A stretch of 64,000 nucleotides of DNA. Origin: Candidatus Nomurabacteria bacterium (GTDB lineage: Bacteria; Patescibacteriota; Minisyncoccia; Phycocordibacterales; SBAW01). The stretch's first letter is position 1, and every line of letters begins with the position of its first letter. Both the position numbers and the translations under genes were made by a program. Shown here piece after piece: positions 9,759-19,473 of this stretch. The stretch spans positions 130,803-194,802 of the forward strand of contig CALQZS010000001.1 of assembly GCA_943349945.1 (NCBI GenBank). The letters run 5' to 3'. The notes beneath the pieces were generated by a model. It was not told the DNA's origin. It saw nothing but the letters and a program-made list of their open reading frames with translations, and ran no database searches.

Positions 9759-10457
9759 TTATTGAAATGCTGATGATGTGGCCATGCTTGGGGTCGATGA
9801 CGAGACGGTAGTCTGTACTATTGGCGTCGTGGTTGCTTGTGGCTGCACCGCTGCCCCTGGCACCATATTAAGGTTTTTGCCGTAGTTAATAAGAGATGGG
9901 TCCACCGTTGCGGTTACGGTAAAGGTCACCTTGCCCTGTGGGTCGACGGCGATGTCTGAGAACACAATATCCTTGAGCGCTTTGCTTGCGGCAAACTGGT
10001 CGCTCTGTAGCGCCACAGTAGAAAAGCCCGCGGCAATACCCTCGAGCTCTACCTCAGCCGACCCGTCGTCTTGGAGTGCGTAGTTAAAGCTGGTGAATTG
10101 TAGGTTTTGGAGCGTCTGGAGCGAAAGGAAAGAGAATATAGCCGACGCTGCAACGTGGCGCTGCAACAAGGTACCCGCTTGTTTGATACGCAGGTCGATA
10201 CGCAGAAGGTTTTCTATAGCAGAGAGGTCGAAGGCTTCTTTTGTTTTTTGGAGTGAGGCGCTTTTGTCGGCGATAGATTTGACCAAGTATCCTTTGTAGG
10301 CAAAGGTAGCGCCCGCCGCAACGATGGATACTATAAATAGAAAGACACCGACCAAAAACAGTAAGCCTCCGAGCGCGCCGCTATTGCGCGCGCGAGCGCT
10401 AGTATCGAGCGACTTTTTTGGAATAAAAGATGCCGGCGTCTGCGGGTCCATGTACAC
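9759..10457 (-). CDS. pilN: PilN-like pilus assembly protein
   Basis: Single TM after a basic N-terminus and a coiled-coil region. Follows pilM. Confidence 0.55.
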   Translation of the reverse strand: MYMDPQTPASFIPKKSLDTSARARNSGALGGLLFLVGVFLFIVSIVAAGATFAYKGYLVKSIADKSASLQKTKEAFDLSAIENLLRIDLRIKQAGTLLQRHVAASAIFSFLSLQTLQNLQFTSFNYALQDDGSAEVELEGIAAGFSTVALQSDQFAASKALKDIVFSDIAVDPQGKVTFTVTATVDPSLINYGKNLNMVPGAAVQPQATTTPIVQTTVSSSTPSMATSSAFQ

Positions 10458-10528
10458 CTAGTATATACTCATTTTTTTGTCCACCAGTATAAAGTTGTGG
10501 CAGTGTGGGGACAAACTAAAAACAACAC

Positions 10529-11629
10529 TTACCCTATTTCTTGCAAACGACGGAGTGCCAAGCCCACTGCCACACAAAACTCTGGTCCTGCTTCTTTTAA
10601 AATCTCTTCCAAAAATGCGGGCGCCTCTGTTTTACCAAAAGGGTCTGCAAGACGGATTTCTGTTTGTATTTTGCCTTGTGCAAAAGCCTGCATACCTTTA
10701 AGCGTGGCGCCACCACCAGTCAAAATGAGCGCACTCAAAGACTGATTCATCCGCGCCTCGTATGCCGCCACCGTGCGCGAAATATCGGACAACAAAGGAG
10801 ACAGAGAAAGTTCGAGTGATTTTTGTAGCTCTGCCCAGCCGCCCGGGTCTGTAGCAGACCCACCACCAGTAAGCCCGAATTTGCGCTTGCGTTCTTCTGC
10901 TTCGGCAACAGAAATATTGAGCGCACGCGAAGCCGCAAGTGTAAGGTCTTGGCTGCCGTGGTTGATGATGTGACTCTCGTGTATAAGCCCGCGCTCGACG
11001 ACATAAAACTTGGTAGTGGCCGCACCCATGTCGACCACAGCCACCGGTGCTATGCCATGGTCGAGCGCGGCACGCACTGCACTAAAGACCTCTATCTCAA
11101 AAAATCCAGTAACCAACCCGGCGTCGCTAGATATAGTACGGAACTTGGCCAGTGTGTCGTTGTGTATAGCAACAAGCAAAACTTCTATTTTGTCGGATGG
11201 CTCGGCGCTTTTACCTCCGCCACCCACCACAAACCAGTCGAGCATTACCTCGTTAATAGGCACGGGGATGTATTTGCGCGCCTCAATAGGCACCACTTGC
11301 GCCAGCTGTTTTTCTACGGACGCAGGTAGGCGCAAAATTGAGATCAAGCTCGACGAGTATGGTATAGCGATGCCCGCGTCTGTGGTGGTTACGTTTGCCT
11401 CGCGTATGACGTCTTTAAGCGCCTCGGCGATTTTCTCAGCAGGAAGGGCAGTGGCGCGGCCAATTTCTATATCGGCATACGGCCCAAGCGCTATGGCGCC
11501 ATACGTCTCGAGTATCACCTTACCCCTATCGCGCCGCAGTTGTACAACCTTAATGGACGAGGTGCCAATGTCGACACCAAGTACACTTTTTTGCGGCTTA
11601 TTAAAGAATGTTGAAAAGGAAAATGCCAT
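10529..11629 (-). CDS. pilM: type IV pilus assembly ATPase-like protein PilM (actin/FtsA fold)
   Basis: VLGVDIGTSSIKVVQL... and ...ILTGGGA motifs of the actin-like ATPase fold. 366 aa. Confidence 0.85.
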   Translation of the reverse strand: MAFSFSTFFNKPQKSVLGVDIGTSSIKVVQLRRDRGKVILETYGAIALGPYADIEIGRATALPAEKIAEALKDVIREANVTTTDAGIAIPYSSSLISILRLPASVEKQLAQVVPIEARKYIPVPINEVMLDWFVVGGGGKSAEPSDKIEVLLVAIHNDTLAKFRTISSDAGLVTGFFEIEVFSAVRAALDHGIAPVAVVDMGAATTKFYVVERGLIHESHIINHGSQDLTLAASRALNISVAEAEERKRKFGLTGGGSATDPGGWAELQKSLELSLSPLLSDISRTVAAYEARMNQSLSALILTGGGATLKGMQAFAQGKIQTEIRLADPFGKTEAPAFLEEILKEAGPEFCVAVGLALRRLQEIG

Positions 11630-11641
11630 ACTAGCTTACGT

Positions 11642-12271
11642 TTGTTACCATTATATACTATGTGGGAATCTTTTTTATCTTCCCTACTCGACTACCTAGT
11701 ACTGCCGCGCAAAACAGACCAGATCGTGCGCACACTAACACTCGACGAGCTCTACTCGTTAGTGTTGCACTCTGAAGACCAGGGGCTGTTGCCCTACCAA
11801 GACGAGCGCGTGCGCGCCTTGGTGTGGGAGCTTAAATACTATGCAAATAAACACGCCGCAGCGCTTGCCGCCCTCGTCTTGCATGAAACCCTCATAACAA
11901 TAGCCTCAGAGGAGTTGGGCAAGCCACTACTTATCCCCGTCCCCATGCACAAGGCCCGCAGGCGCGCACGAGGCCATAACCAAACAGAGGTATTGTGTGA
12001 AGCGCTGCTCGCCCATGTGGGCGAGTTTTTTGTATACGCACCAGATGTGTTGGTGCGCCATATGCATACCGAGCAACAGCAGGGGCTGCAAAAAGATAGG
12101 CGGCTCAAAAATGTTGCGGGCTCTATGCACAGCAAGCCGCAGGTCCAAGGCCGCACGTGCGTGGTCGTAGACGACGTCACAACCACCGGTGCCACGTTTG
12201 CCGAGGCCACGCGCGCACTCAAAGAGGCCGGGGCACAGCGCGTGATATGCGTTGCTTTGGCAAAATCGTGA
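11642..12271 (+). CDS. comFC: ComF family protein (ComFC phosphoribosyltransferase-like)
   Basis: C-terminal PRTase motif CVVVDDVTTTGATF. Divergent from pilM. Confidence 0.8.
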   Translation: MLPLYTMWESFLSSLLDYLVLPRKTDQIVRTLTLDELYSLVLHSEDQGLLPYQDERVRALVWELKYYANKHAAALAALVLHETLITIASEELGKPLLIPVPMHKARRRARGHNQTEVLCEALLAHVGEFFVYAPDVLVRHMHTEQQQGLQKDRRLKNVAGSMHSKPQVQGRTCVVVDDVTTTGATFAEATRALKEAGAQRVICVALAKS

Positions 12272-12766
12272 CTAATTGGAAACTTGGAAGTATATATTCG
12301 ACCCGTTTGGTCCTGCAGCCGCGGCAGCAAATGCGCCTGTGCCGCCGCCCGGCGTAGGCGCGGTTATAGACAGCGTCGTAGGCGTCTCTGCTTTTTCTAA
12401 ATTGGTATAGAGCGCGCACGCGCTGCCCGACACCACATACCTGTAGTGCGTTTGCGTAGCGCTACCGATACTTGGGTCTTTGGGGACTTGTGCCAACTGT
12501 GCAGCATATTGTGGATATTTGGCCGCAAGTTCGGGCACCAAGTCTGCCAAGTCATAGTTGCCTGCACCCGCAACAGGCGTATAGCACGCCCCGGTGAGTA
12601 AACGCCCCATTTGCGACACTTCTGCTTTGCGGCGTGCATCACGTGCACCCTCGCGCGCACCACCAAGCGCCACAAACACAATCGAGGCCAAGATACCGAT
12701 AATAGCGATGACTACCAACAGCTCCACTAACGTGAATCCTTTATGAGAAATACGTTGCATATACAT
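12272..12766 (-). CDS. type IV pilin
   Basis: Internal start [34 protein letters not shown]. The upstream 39 aa of the ORF are not supported. Confidence 0.8.
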   Translation of the reverse strand: MYMQRISHKGFTLVELLVVIAIIGILASIVFVALGGAREGARDARRKAEVSQMGRLLTGACYTPVAGAGNYDLADLVPELAAKYPQYAAQLAQVPKDPSIGSATQTHYRYVVSGSACALYTNLEKAETPTTLSITAPTPGGGTGAFAAAAAGPNGSNIYFQVSN

Positions 12767-12865
12767 AACTATAGCTGCAAAATAGCATCTTCGTAAGAGA
12801 AGTTTGACACACACCACCCCATAGCGGACACTGGGCCTAGATGATCTTCGAAAGGAGACTTTATT

Positions 12866-13453
12866 ATGCCCAAAGGGGTACAAACAAGCCCACGCATAGA
12901 CTGGAACGACGACATTCTTGCCCGTCTGCGCCTACTATGGAGCCAAGGCCTGAGCACCGCAAAAATTGGCCGGCGCCTGGGAGTCAGCAAAAATGCCATA
13001 ATCGGCAAAGCTAAGCGGATCGGCCTGCCCGAACGCCAATCACCCATACGCCGCAGTAGCAATAAAGGAGCGCCCCGCACCCGCCAGACAAAAGCCCCCG
13101 CAACCCTGCCGCCACTGACAAGCTTGGCGCAGCCTGTCGTGCATCCAAAGCCCGCCCCCCTTGCGACAGAGCCCGAGGCGCCAGCGCCACCAGTGCTAAC
13201 GGCGGCGGAGATAGTACACGAAAATCCGCTACCTCCTCGCCCTATGTACGTGCCGCCCATCGAAAGTACACAGGCGGCCCACACCACTGAGCAACGCAGT
13301 TGTTGTTGGCCGCTGGGCGACGTGGGCACGCGGAGTTTCCGCTTTTGTGATGCACCAATAGCGACAAGGAAGCCGTATTGCAGCACACACGCCAAAGAAG
13401 CGTATGTAAAAGCACGTGACAGACGTGAGAACGCAGACGCTTTTATACAATAA
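12866..13453 (+). CDS. gcrA: GcrA-like cell-cycle regulator family protein
   Basis: N-terminus [42 protein letters not shown], a Pro-rich linker, and C-terminus [35 protein letters not shown]. This architecture matches the GcrA family. Strong RBS aaaggaga. Confidence 0.75.
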   Translation: MPKGVQTSPRIDWNDDILARLRLLWSQGLSTAKIGRRLGVSKNAIIGKAKRIGLPERQSPIRRSSNKGAPRTRQTKAPATLPPLTSLAQPVVHPKPAPLATEPEAPAPPVLTAAEIVHENPLPPRPMYVPPIESTQAAHTTEQRSCCWPLGDVGTRSFRFCDAPIATRKPYCSTHAKEAYVKARDRRENADAFIQ

Positions 13454-13478
13454 GACCCCAACGGGTCTTATTTTTTTA
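13452..13478 (+). terminator. intrinsic terminator after gcrA-like gene
   Basis: aagacccc aacg gggtctt followed by a T-run. Confidence 0.7.
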
Positions 13479-13484
13479 TAGAAA

Positions 13485-14027
13485 TTAAACTTTTGAAGAC
13501 AAGAAATCTTTGAGTGCGGCGAAGGGTTTTATTTGCAAATATGTTTTTTCGTACTCAGCCTCGTTCATTTGCGCACGGGTTTGTGTGCAGCCGCTTGGAA
13601 TAAATATTTTGTCCCAGCCGTATCCTCCATCCCCCATTGGGGTTTGCGCTACCTCGCCGTCCATAGCACCTTCAAAAAGTTTGAGTGTCTCGCCGTCGTA
13701 ATATCCAAACACACACTTGGCCGTCGCTTTGCGGTTTTTGTCATTAAGCATCGAACAGATACTTTCAAACGAGAGGCGCTCGATAAAGAATTTTATAAAC
13801 GGCCCGGGCAAACCGCCCAACGCCTCAAACTCGAGCGACACGTCTTCGACAATAACGGGCGTCTTAATTTTCTCATACGCCTGCCGTACCTTGTGCCCCA
13901 CAATCTCTTTTAAATCCATCGATTGCAGCTCGTCCAAGTCGAGCTTTACATGGCTCACAGGCAACCCCAAATACCGGGCCAAGTAGTCGGCCTTTTTTTG
14001 GTTACCGGTGATGAAGGTGATTTGCAT
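13485..14027 (-). CDS. rdgB: non-canonical purine NTP pyrophosphatase (Ham1/RdgB family)
   Basis: MQITFITGNQKK...VEDVSLEFEALGGLPGPFIKF... Confidence 0.85.
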   Translation of the reverse strand: MQITFITGNQKKADYLARYLGLPVSHVKLDLDELQSMDLKEIVGHKVRQAYEKIKTPVIVEDVSLEFEALGGLPGPFIKFFIERLSFESICSMLNDKNRKATAKCVFGYYDGETLKLFEGAMDGEVAQTPMGDGGYGWDKIFIPSGCTQTRAQMNEAEYEKTYLQIKPFAALKDFLSSKV

Positions 14028-14036
14028 TGTGGTAAA

Positions 14037-14474
14037 TTACATCTTCCTCGAGTCATACGCCCAATGCAACAGCGCTTGCCGCTGTTTTGGGCGACAAAAA
14101 ATATCTCCAGTTCTACAATTATTTTTGATTTGCATTATATGCCTACGCATAGCGAGCCACCTTTTTATTTGCTTCTCGTCATCATCGGTCCTACGACCCA
14201 TAAAATATCTGCAGTACCACTGAAACCACCCGCGCGGGTCTTGCGGATGTATCCAGCCTTTTGCCTGCCATACCGCAAGCGACTGACTCGCGTTTATGCC
14301 AAAGTAATTCAGCTCTTTGTGCCGCTTCCCATCGGGTGATAATTTTGCACTCTTCCACCAACCTTTTGGGAACTCCTTTGGCTTGTCAGAAAAATATAAT
14401 CCACCGAACACACCAAGCTCGAGCATCTCTTTTGGCGTCAGGTCCGGCGTAAAGCGCGGGTCGAATTTCGTCAT
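14037..14474 (-). CDS. conserved hypothetical protein (W/Y-rich: GVFGGLYF...GWFQWYCRYFMGRRTDDDEKQIKRW)
   Basis: Clean ORF but no family recognised with confidence. Confidence 0.5.
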   Translation of the reverse strand: MTKFDPRFTPDLTPKEMLELGVFGGLYFSDKPKEFPKGWWKSAKLSPDGKRHKELNYFGINASQSLAVWQAKGWIHPQDPRGWFQWYCRYFMGRRTDDDEKQIKRWLAMRRHIMQIKNNCRTGDIFCRPKQRQALLHWAYDSRKM

Positions 14475-14480
14475 AGTTTG

Positions 14481-15245
14481 TTATTTCCTCGGCAATGGGA
14501 TAAATATACTTGTTTTCCTTTTGTACTCTGCAAACTCAGGGTTCCCCTCCAGTTTCTTTTCAAGCATCGGAACGCCAGACACTTTCAAGATCAAAAAAGT
14601 TATAGTCATAGGCCCAACAATACCAAGCCAGGCGCCGGGTACAGAGAGAGCGATGAGCCACAGCCCCCACCACTGCACTACCTCGCCAAAATAATTTGGA
14701 TGACGAGTGTACGCCCACAACCCGCTTTGCATCAACTTTCCCTTGTTCTCTGGATTTTTAATAAACCGCGCAAGTTGTGCATCGCCCAAAGCTTCAAAAT
14801 AAAAACCAACAAGCCACACAGCTACGCCTAGAAAATCGAGCAGCACAAGACTCGGCCCAGCATTTTTGTTGATAAGCAGTACCGGCGAAACAATGAGGAA
14901 CAAAAACAGGCCTTGCAAAAGATACACTTGAAAATACGAACGGATATAAAACCACTTGCCCCATTCTTTCCTCCAAGCTAGATAGCGATAGTCCTCTGCT
15001 TTGCCTTTGTTGCGTCTGTGTATGTGCCACGCTAAACGCAAACCCCAAATACTTACCAACACTCCTACCAACATCCCTCGTATACCAGAATCACCGGAAA
15101 GAAAAAAGGATGCCCCTGTCATCAGTACAAACCCGAGCCCCCACGCCACATCGGCCACATCGTTTCTTTTCCTAATCAAAGAAACCACGAACCATAGGCT
15201 CATGTACACAAGCAGTATGGCGATAAGAGTTACAAAATAACTCAT
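14481..15245 (-). CDS. DUF1295 / steroid 5-alpha-reductase-like membrane protein
   Basis: Multi-TM with a C-terminal RHPNYFGE motif. Start taken at MSYFVTLIA. Confidence 0.7.
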   Translation of the reverse strand: MSYFVTLIAILLVYMSLWFVVSLIRKRNDVADVAWGLGFVLMTGASFFLSGDSGIRGMLVGVLVSIWGLRLAWHIHRRNKGKAEDYRYLAWRKEWGKWFYIRSYFQVYLLQGLFLFLIVSPVLLINKNAGPSLVLLDFLGVAVWLVGFYFEALGDAQLARFIKNPENKGKLMQSGLWAYTRHPNYFGEVVQWWGLWLIALSVPGAWLGIVGPMTITFLILKVSGVPMLEKKLEGNPEFAEYKRKTSIFIPLPRK

Positions 15246-15640
15246 AAACCGATCTTGGTTGCGATGAAGTAGGTTACCGCAGAAACAGACGCCGCGAGCA
15301 CTGCACCCCACACTAAGTCAACGATGGTTACAAGAAGCGGCCAATCTTTGGTGACGGCAAGGTTAGTAAGGTCGTACGTTGCATAACAAACCAAACCAAA
15401 TAGCGCACCGAACAAAAGTGCGTGCGTCCATGAATTCTTCTCTATGGCCGGCATAATTACAAAAACCACAAGACCGACAACAAACAAAAGATAAAAGATA
15501 ATAGCCGCCGTCCAGTTTACATCTGGCTTTAGGAGCGGACCGATTTGTTTAGCGTAAAAACCCTTTGCAACGAGTCCAAGCCACACCATGTCGATGGCAA
15601 AGAAAACAGGGAGTGCTATTGCATAGAGTTTTATGAACAT
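15242..15640 (-). CDS. DUF2177-like small membrane protein
   Basis: Four predicted TM helices, 132 aa. Confidence 0.55.
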   Translation of the reverse strand: MFIKLYAIALPVFFAIDMVWLGLVAKGFYAKQIGPLLKPDVNWTAAIIFYLLFVVGLVVFVIMPAIEKNSWTHALLFGALFGLVCYATYDLTNLAVTKDWPLLVTIVDLVWGAVLAASVSAVTYFIATKIGL

Positions 15641-15651
15641 AAAAGATAGGA

Positions 15652-16302
15652 TTAATTAATAATTTCCACCAACACTTCATTGCGATACATCCACGGTGGA
15701 GTCCATGGTGCGCTGTATCCAGCGTATGCAGTGCTTCCCTTTGTCGCCACTCCATCACGGGCAAGTGCCGAAGCTAATTTTTCTTGCATGTCTTTTACCC
15801 GCGTATCCGAGCGATACCCCGAGAATTGCAGTACTGCATATTTCTTGGTAGGGATCATCACGATTTTCACTCTCGGATCATTTGGTGTCGGTAATGTTTC
15901 AAGGGTGTACGAGCGGGGCATACCAAAAGATATTATTTGCGAGTCACCATCAGTCGTCGCTACTACCGGTGCAGTCATAGCAATATTTTCTGATGTTTTT
16001 TCGCCTCCTACTTTTTGCGCGATGACTGGAACGGTCATCGCTATACTTTCTTTTTTTGTATTTCCGCCAAAGATATACCCAGCAACAATTCTAAAACCAT
16101 TATTCATAGATTCTCCATAAGAACCCTTTACCGTAGTCTGCGCTACGATATGTGCCGGATATTCTCGTATTTCATATCCATCTTTTATCTCAATGACAGT
16201 ATAGTCAGCTTGCTCAACACGCGAACCAAAAAATCCTGAGATAGACCAAAGCACCACAATAACAAGCAAAGCGATAAGTATAGTGCTCATATTTTTATTC
16301 AT
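15652..16302 (-). CDS. SOUL/HBP heme-binding family protein
   Basis: YEIREYPAHIVA...NNGFRIVAGYIFGGN...IAMTAPV...WMYRNEVLVEI. Signal/TM at the N-terminus. Confidence 0.7.
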   Translation of the reverse strand: MNKNMSTILIALLVIVVLWSISGFFGSRVEQADYTVIEIKDGYEIREYPAHIVAQTTVKGSYGESMNNGFRIVAGYIFGGNTKKESIAMTVPVIAQKVGGEKTSENIAMTAPVVATTDGDSQIISFGMPRSYTLETLPTPNDPRVKIVMIPTKKYAVLQFSGYRSDTRVKDMQEKLASALARDGVATKGSTAYAGYSAPWTPPWMYRNEVLVEIIN

Positions 16303-16393
16303 ATAGCTTTAGTATATAATAGTATATACTAAACTATAATAATATTAGTTTAGTATATGCATTAACAATATTTAATCAATTTAAAATAAATAT
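16303..16393. promoter_or_regulatory. AT-rich divergent intergenic region with reiterated TAGTATATA motifs
   Basis: tagtatataa / tagtatatac / tagtttagtatatgc occur between divergently transcribed SOUL and fasciclin genes. Confidence 0.35.
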
Positions 16394-16795
16394 ATGCAAA
16401 ATATCGTAGAAACAGCTGTCGCAGCAGGATCATTTAAAACACTGGTCACTGCAGTGCAAGCGGCAGGATTAGTAGACACTCTATCTGGTGCAGGTCCCTT
16501 CACTGTATTTGCTCCAACTGATGAGGCTTTCGCCAAAATTCCAAAAGAGACTCTCGACGCAGTCCTTGCGGATAAAGCAAAGCTAACATCTATACTTACG
16601 TACCATGTGGTGGCAGGAAAAGTAATGGCTTCTGATGTAATGGGCCTGACTTCTGCAAAGACAGTACAAGGTGATGAAGTTAAAATAGAAACTGCAGATG
16701 GAGTTATGGTAAACGACGCCAAAGTAGTACAAACAGACATAGAATGCACAAACGGAGTAATCCATGTCATCGATTCAGTCTTGATGCCAAAATAA
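16394..16795 (+). CDS. fasciclin (FAS1) domain protein
   Basis: [31 protein letters not shown]...[13 protein letters not shown]. Confidence 0.8.
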   Translation: MQNIVETAVAAGSFKTLVTAVQAAGLVDTLSGAGPFTVFAPTDEAFAKIPKETLDAVLADKAKLTSILTYHVVAGKVMASDVMGLTSAKTVQGDEVKIETADGVMVNDAKVVQTDIECTNGVIHVIDSVLMPK

Positions 16796-16814
16796 ATACA
16801 TCCGAAATAAAAAT

Positions 16815-16846
16815 AAAAAACTCTAACTTTTGTTAGAGTTTTTTAT
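16815..16846. terminator. bidirectional intrinsic terminator between convergent genes
   Basis: aaaaaa ctctaac tttt gttagag tttttt. Confidence 0.75.
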
Positions 16847-16855
16847 TTTTATTGA

Positions 16856-17245
16856 TTAGGCGTCTATTTTTGCCGCAAGAATAAAATCATTTTGAGAGAG
16901 TCCGTTAATTGCATGGGTGGACAGCGTGAGCTCTACAAATTTGTAGTTTTTCAGATATATGTCCGGATGATGCCCCTCTGATTCAGCCAAAACGCCAACC
17001 TTATTTACAAAAACAAGAGCTTCATTGAAGTCCTTAAAACTATATCGCTTGGCGATACTTTTAGCATCAAGCGAAATATCCCAGCCGGGAATTTGCTTGC
17101 ATAATATATCTGCCTCTATCTTTGAAAAAGGAATGACACCACCATCGCATGCCATGCATTTTTGTTGAGTCAGTGGCGAGTTAGTTTTAGGAGTAGGGGC
17201 CTGACTCTGTATAGTTGTATGTTCCATATGCTTGTAGTATAGCAA
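16856..17245 (-). CDS. pterin-4a-carbinolamine dehydratase (PCD/DCoH)
   Basis: EGHHPD motif (VLAESEGHHPDIYLKNYKFVELTLSTHA). Confidence 0.8.
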   Translation of the reverse strand: MLYYKHMEHTTIQSQAPTPKTNSPLTQQKCMACDGGVIPFSKIEADILCKQIPGWDISLDAKSIAKRYSFKDFNEALVFVNKVGVLAESEGHHPDIYLKNYKFVELTLSTHAINGLSQNDFILAAKIDA

Positions 17246-17268
17246 AATTAAGAATGGCTACAAATTTT

Positions 17269-18939
17269 TTATTTCGTATCAATATGATTCCACGCAAAAC
17301 CCTTGTCTCCATACACTTTTTTACCTGGGTTTAAAATAGCAAGCGGGTCAAAAATATCTTTTGTCTTTTCAAAGAGACGTACGATCTCAGGGGTAAACAT
17401 CTGCGAAAGGTACGAGGTACGTAAAAGTCCGTCATTATGTTCTCCAGACATAGAACCTCCATACTGAAATACGAGAGTATAGACTTCATCCATGAGTGTA
17501 TGGAGAGTCTCAACTATTCCTTCTTTATGAATGTCAATAAGCGGAATAATATGAAAGTTTGCATCTCCCATATGTCCGGCCACAGTATAAATAAGATCAT
17601 ATTTCGAAAAAATAATTTCAAGTTTGGGAAGAAACTCCGGGAGATCTTTTGTGTGTACGACAATATCATCAATTGTGGGTGCCGTTCGATACCCTCGCAA
17701 CTTCTGGCGAAGCAGGTTGAAGCTTTCGCGCCTGAATGTCCAATACTTTTTTGCTTCTTGTTCCGAGTGCGTCAATGTAATAGGAAATCCGAATACCTTC
17801 ATCTCGTTATATGCTGACTGTACCTGCTCTGCAACTTCTTCTTCAGTATCCCCTGCAAATTCTGCCATGAGAATTATCTTTGGAACTCCGCCAGTGATTG
17901 CCATCCAAAACTCAGGCAAAAATTGGAACCCGAGCGTCAACATAGTACCCCCCATGCTTTTTGCAATTGAACCAAAGAATTTAATCGCTATTTTAAACGT
18001 ATGATCATCATAAGATTCGATGGTTTCAGGTGTATGTTTTAAAAGTCTTGGAATTATTTCTCCTAGTTGCGTTGTGGCTGGCAAAAACATAACGAGCATT
18101 CTGGAATGTTTTTTGGGGACAATTCCACTCAATGTCGCTTCAGTCACACAGGCAAGGGTTCCCTGACTGCCCACAACGAGCTTTGATAGGTCAAATACTC
18201 CTGATTCTTTATCGTAGACATTCCAAAGATAGTACCCTGAAGAATTTTTTGTTACTGTCGGTTTTGCTTGTTGCAGTACATCATAGTTGTCCTTTACAAG
18301 GGCAAATATCTCTCGATGAATGCGCCCGCTTTCAGTTTGTTCTTCGCATTTTGCGATAAGTTTCTCTGCATGAAGTGGTTCTAGAACATCTTCTTCTCCA
18401 TTTGCAAATACAACACGAAGCGAGCGAACATACTTTTCCGTCTTTCCATAGGTAAGTGTCTTTTCACCTCCTGAGTTATTAGAGACAATACCTCCAATCG
18501 CAGCCAAATCACGAGACGCCGGATAGCTTGGCAAAAGCCAGCCGTGCGCAAGAGTCTTTTTCTCAAAATCACTATAGTATACCCCCGGCTCTGTTATGGC
18601 TTCTGTGTCGGTGACAGAAAATACATGATTCATGTATCTCATTGTGTCTACGACGATGGATTCCGAAAGTGGGCCACCGGTCATACAGGTACCGGCGGCA
18701 CGCATGGTGAGGGATAACGGTACACCCTGATCTATATCTTTAGTTTTTTTTGCATGCACATAAGCAACAAGTTTTGCAATGTCTTCTTTACTTTTTGGGT
18801 AGACAACAATGCGGGGTTTTACATAAAAAAGGCTTGTGTCTCGCGCAGCTTTTTCTCGATCACTGTCTAAGATAGAAATATCTCCTTTGATTATTGTACG
18901 CAAATCACCAGCGACATCCGTATAAAAAATTTCATTCAT
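17269..18939 (-). CDS. FAD-linked oxidase (GlcD / D-lactate dehydrogenase-like)
   Basis: 556 aa. FAD-binding PCMH-type N-terminal domain (RAAGTCMTGGPL..., AAIGGIVSNNSGG) plus a C-terminal oxidase domain. Confidence 0.75.
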   Translation of the reverse strand: MNEIFYTDVAGDLRTIIKGDISILDSDREKAARDTSLFYVKPRIVVYPKSKEDIAKLVAYVHAKKTKDIDQGVPLSLTMRAAGTCMTGGPLSESIVVDTMRYMNHVFSVTDTEAITEPGVYYSDFEKKTLAHGWLLPSYPASRDLAAIGGIVSNNSGGEKTLTYGKTEKYVRSLRVVFANGEEDVLEPLHAEKLIAKCEEQTESGRIHREIFALVKDNYDVLQQAKPTVTKNSSGYYLWNVYDKESGVFDLSKLVVGSQGTLACVTEATLSGIVPKKHSRMLVMFLPATTQLGEIIPRLLKHTPETIESYDDHTFKIAIKFFGSIAKSMGGTMLTLGFQFLPEFWMAITGGVPKIILMAEFAGDTEEEVAEQVQSAYNEMKVFGFPITLTHSEQEAKKYWTFRRESFNLLRQKLRGYRTAPTIDDIVVHTKDLPEFLPKLEIIFSKYDLIYTVAGHMGDANFHIIPLIDIHKEGIVETLHTLMDEVYTLVFQYGGSMSGEHNDGLLRTSYLSQMFTPEIVRLFEKTKDIFDPLAILNPGKKVYGDKGFAWNHIDTK

Positions 18940-18961
18940 ACATTTATTATAACATTATCGG

Positions 18962-19445
18962 ACTCATTTTACTTAGCGTTTGCTTCGAGTTTTTCTTCGC
19001 TGTATATACCAGTACACATAGAGAGAAAGTAGAAGGATTATATTCGGAATAAATATGATTGGTTGACCCCAGGATATTCCATTGATATGGAAGTCTGAAA
19101 TCGGCCACAAAAAAGGCGTTGGGAAAAAGGCAAAATCGTGTGTAGGTATATCAACTAAAATATGAAGTGGCCACGCGAGCGTAAGCTTGGCAAAATGCTT
19201 TTTGCCAAGAATAACGCATAAACGACCAAGCTATGAGTAATACCATAGACGGTGAAGACGTACGGCGGAATCGTTTCTAAGCTTGGCCGACCCATTGCGC
19301 CACCAGAAACTAGATTTATTATAAAAAGAGGCGCGAACGCCAAGAGGTCTGGCCCTATACCAAAGAGAAATGCAGTCACATAATCCCGCCTGCGCATGCG
19401 ACCAAATGCAACACCTCCATATAATCCGTGAGAGATAATGTCCAT
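18962..19445 (-). pseudogene. YdjM/DUF457-like membrane-bound metal-dependent hydrolase, apparently frameshifted
   Basis: The ORF at 19155..19445 ends with ...RGHFIF*. The +2 frame immediately downstream reads DIPTHDFAFFPTPFLW...YWYIQRRKTRSKR* (contains a D..TH His motif) to a stop at 18962. Combined length of about 155 aa fits the family. Confidence 0.4.
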
Positions 19446-19473
19446 ACATTTATTATACTATTTGTATGTGAAA

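Noticed and set aside
12769-13461. 230-aa minus-strand ORF
   Set aside because: It is antisense to the well-supported GcrA-like gene. It is Arg/Ala-rich with no RBS, and overlaps the pilin start region.
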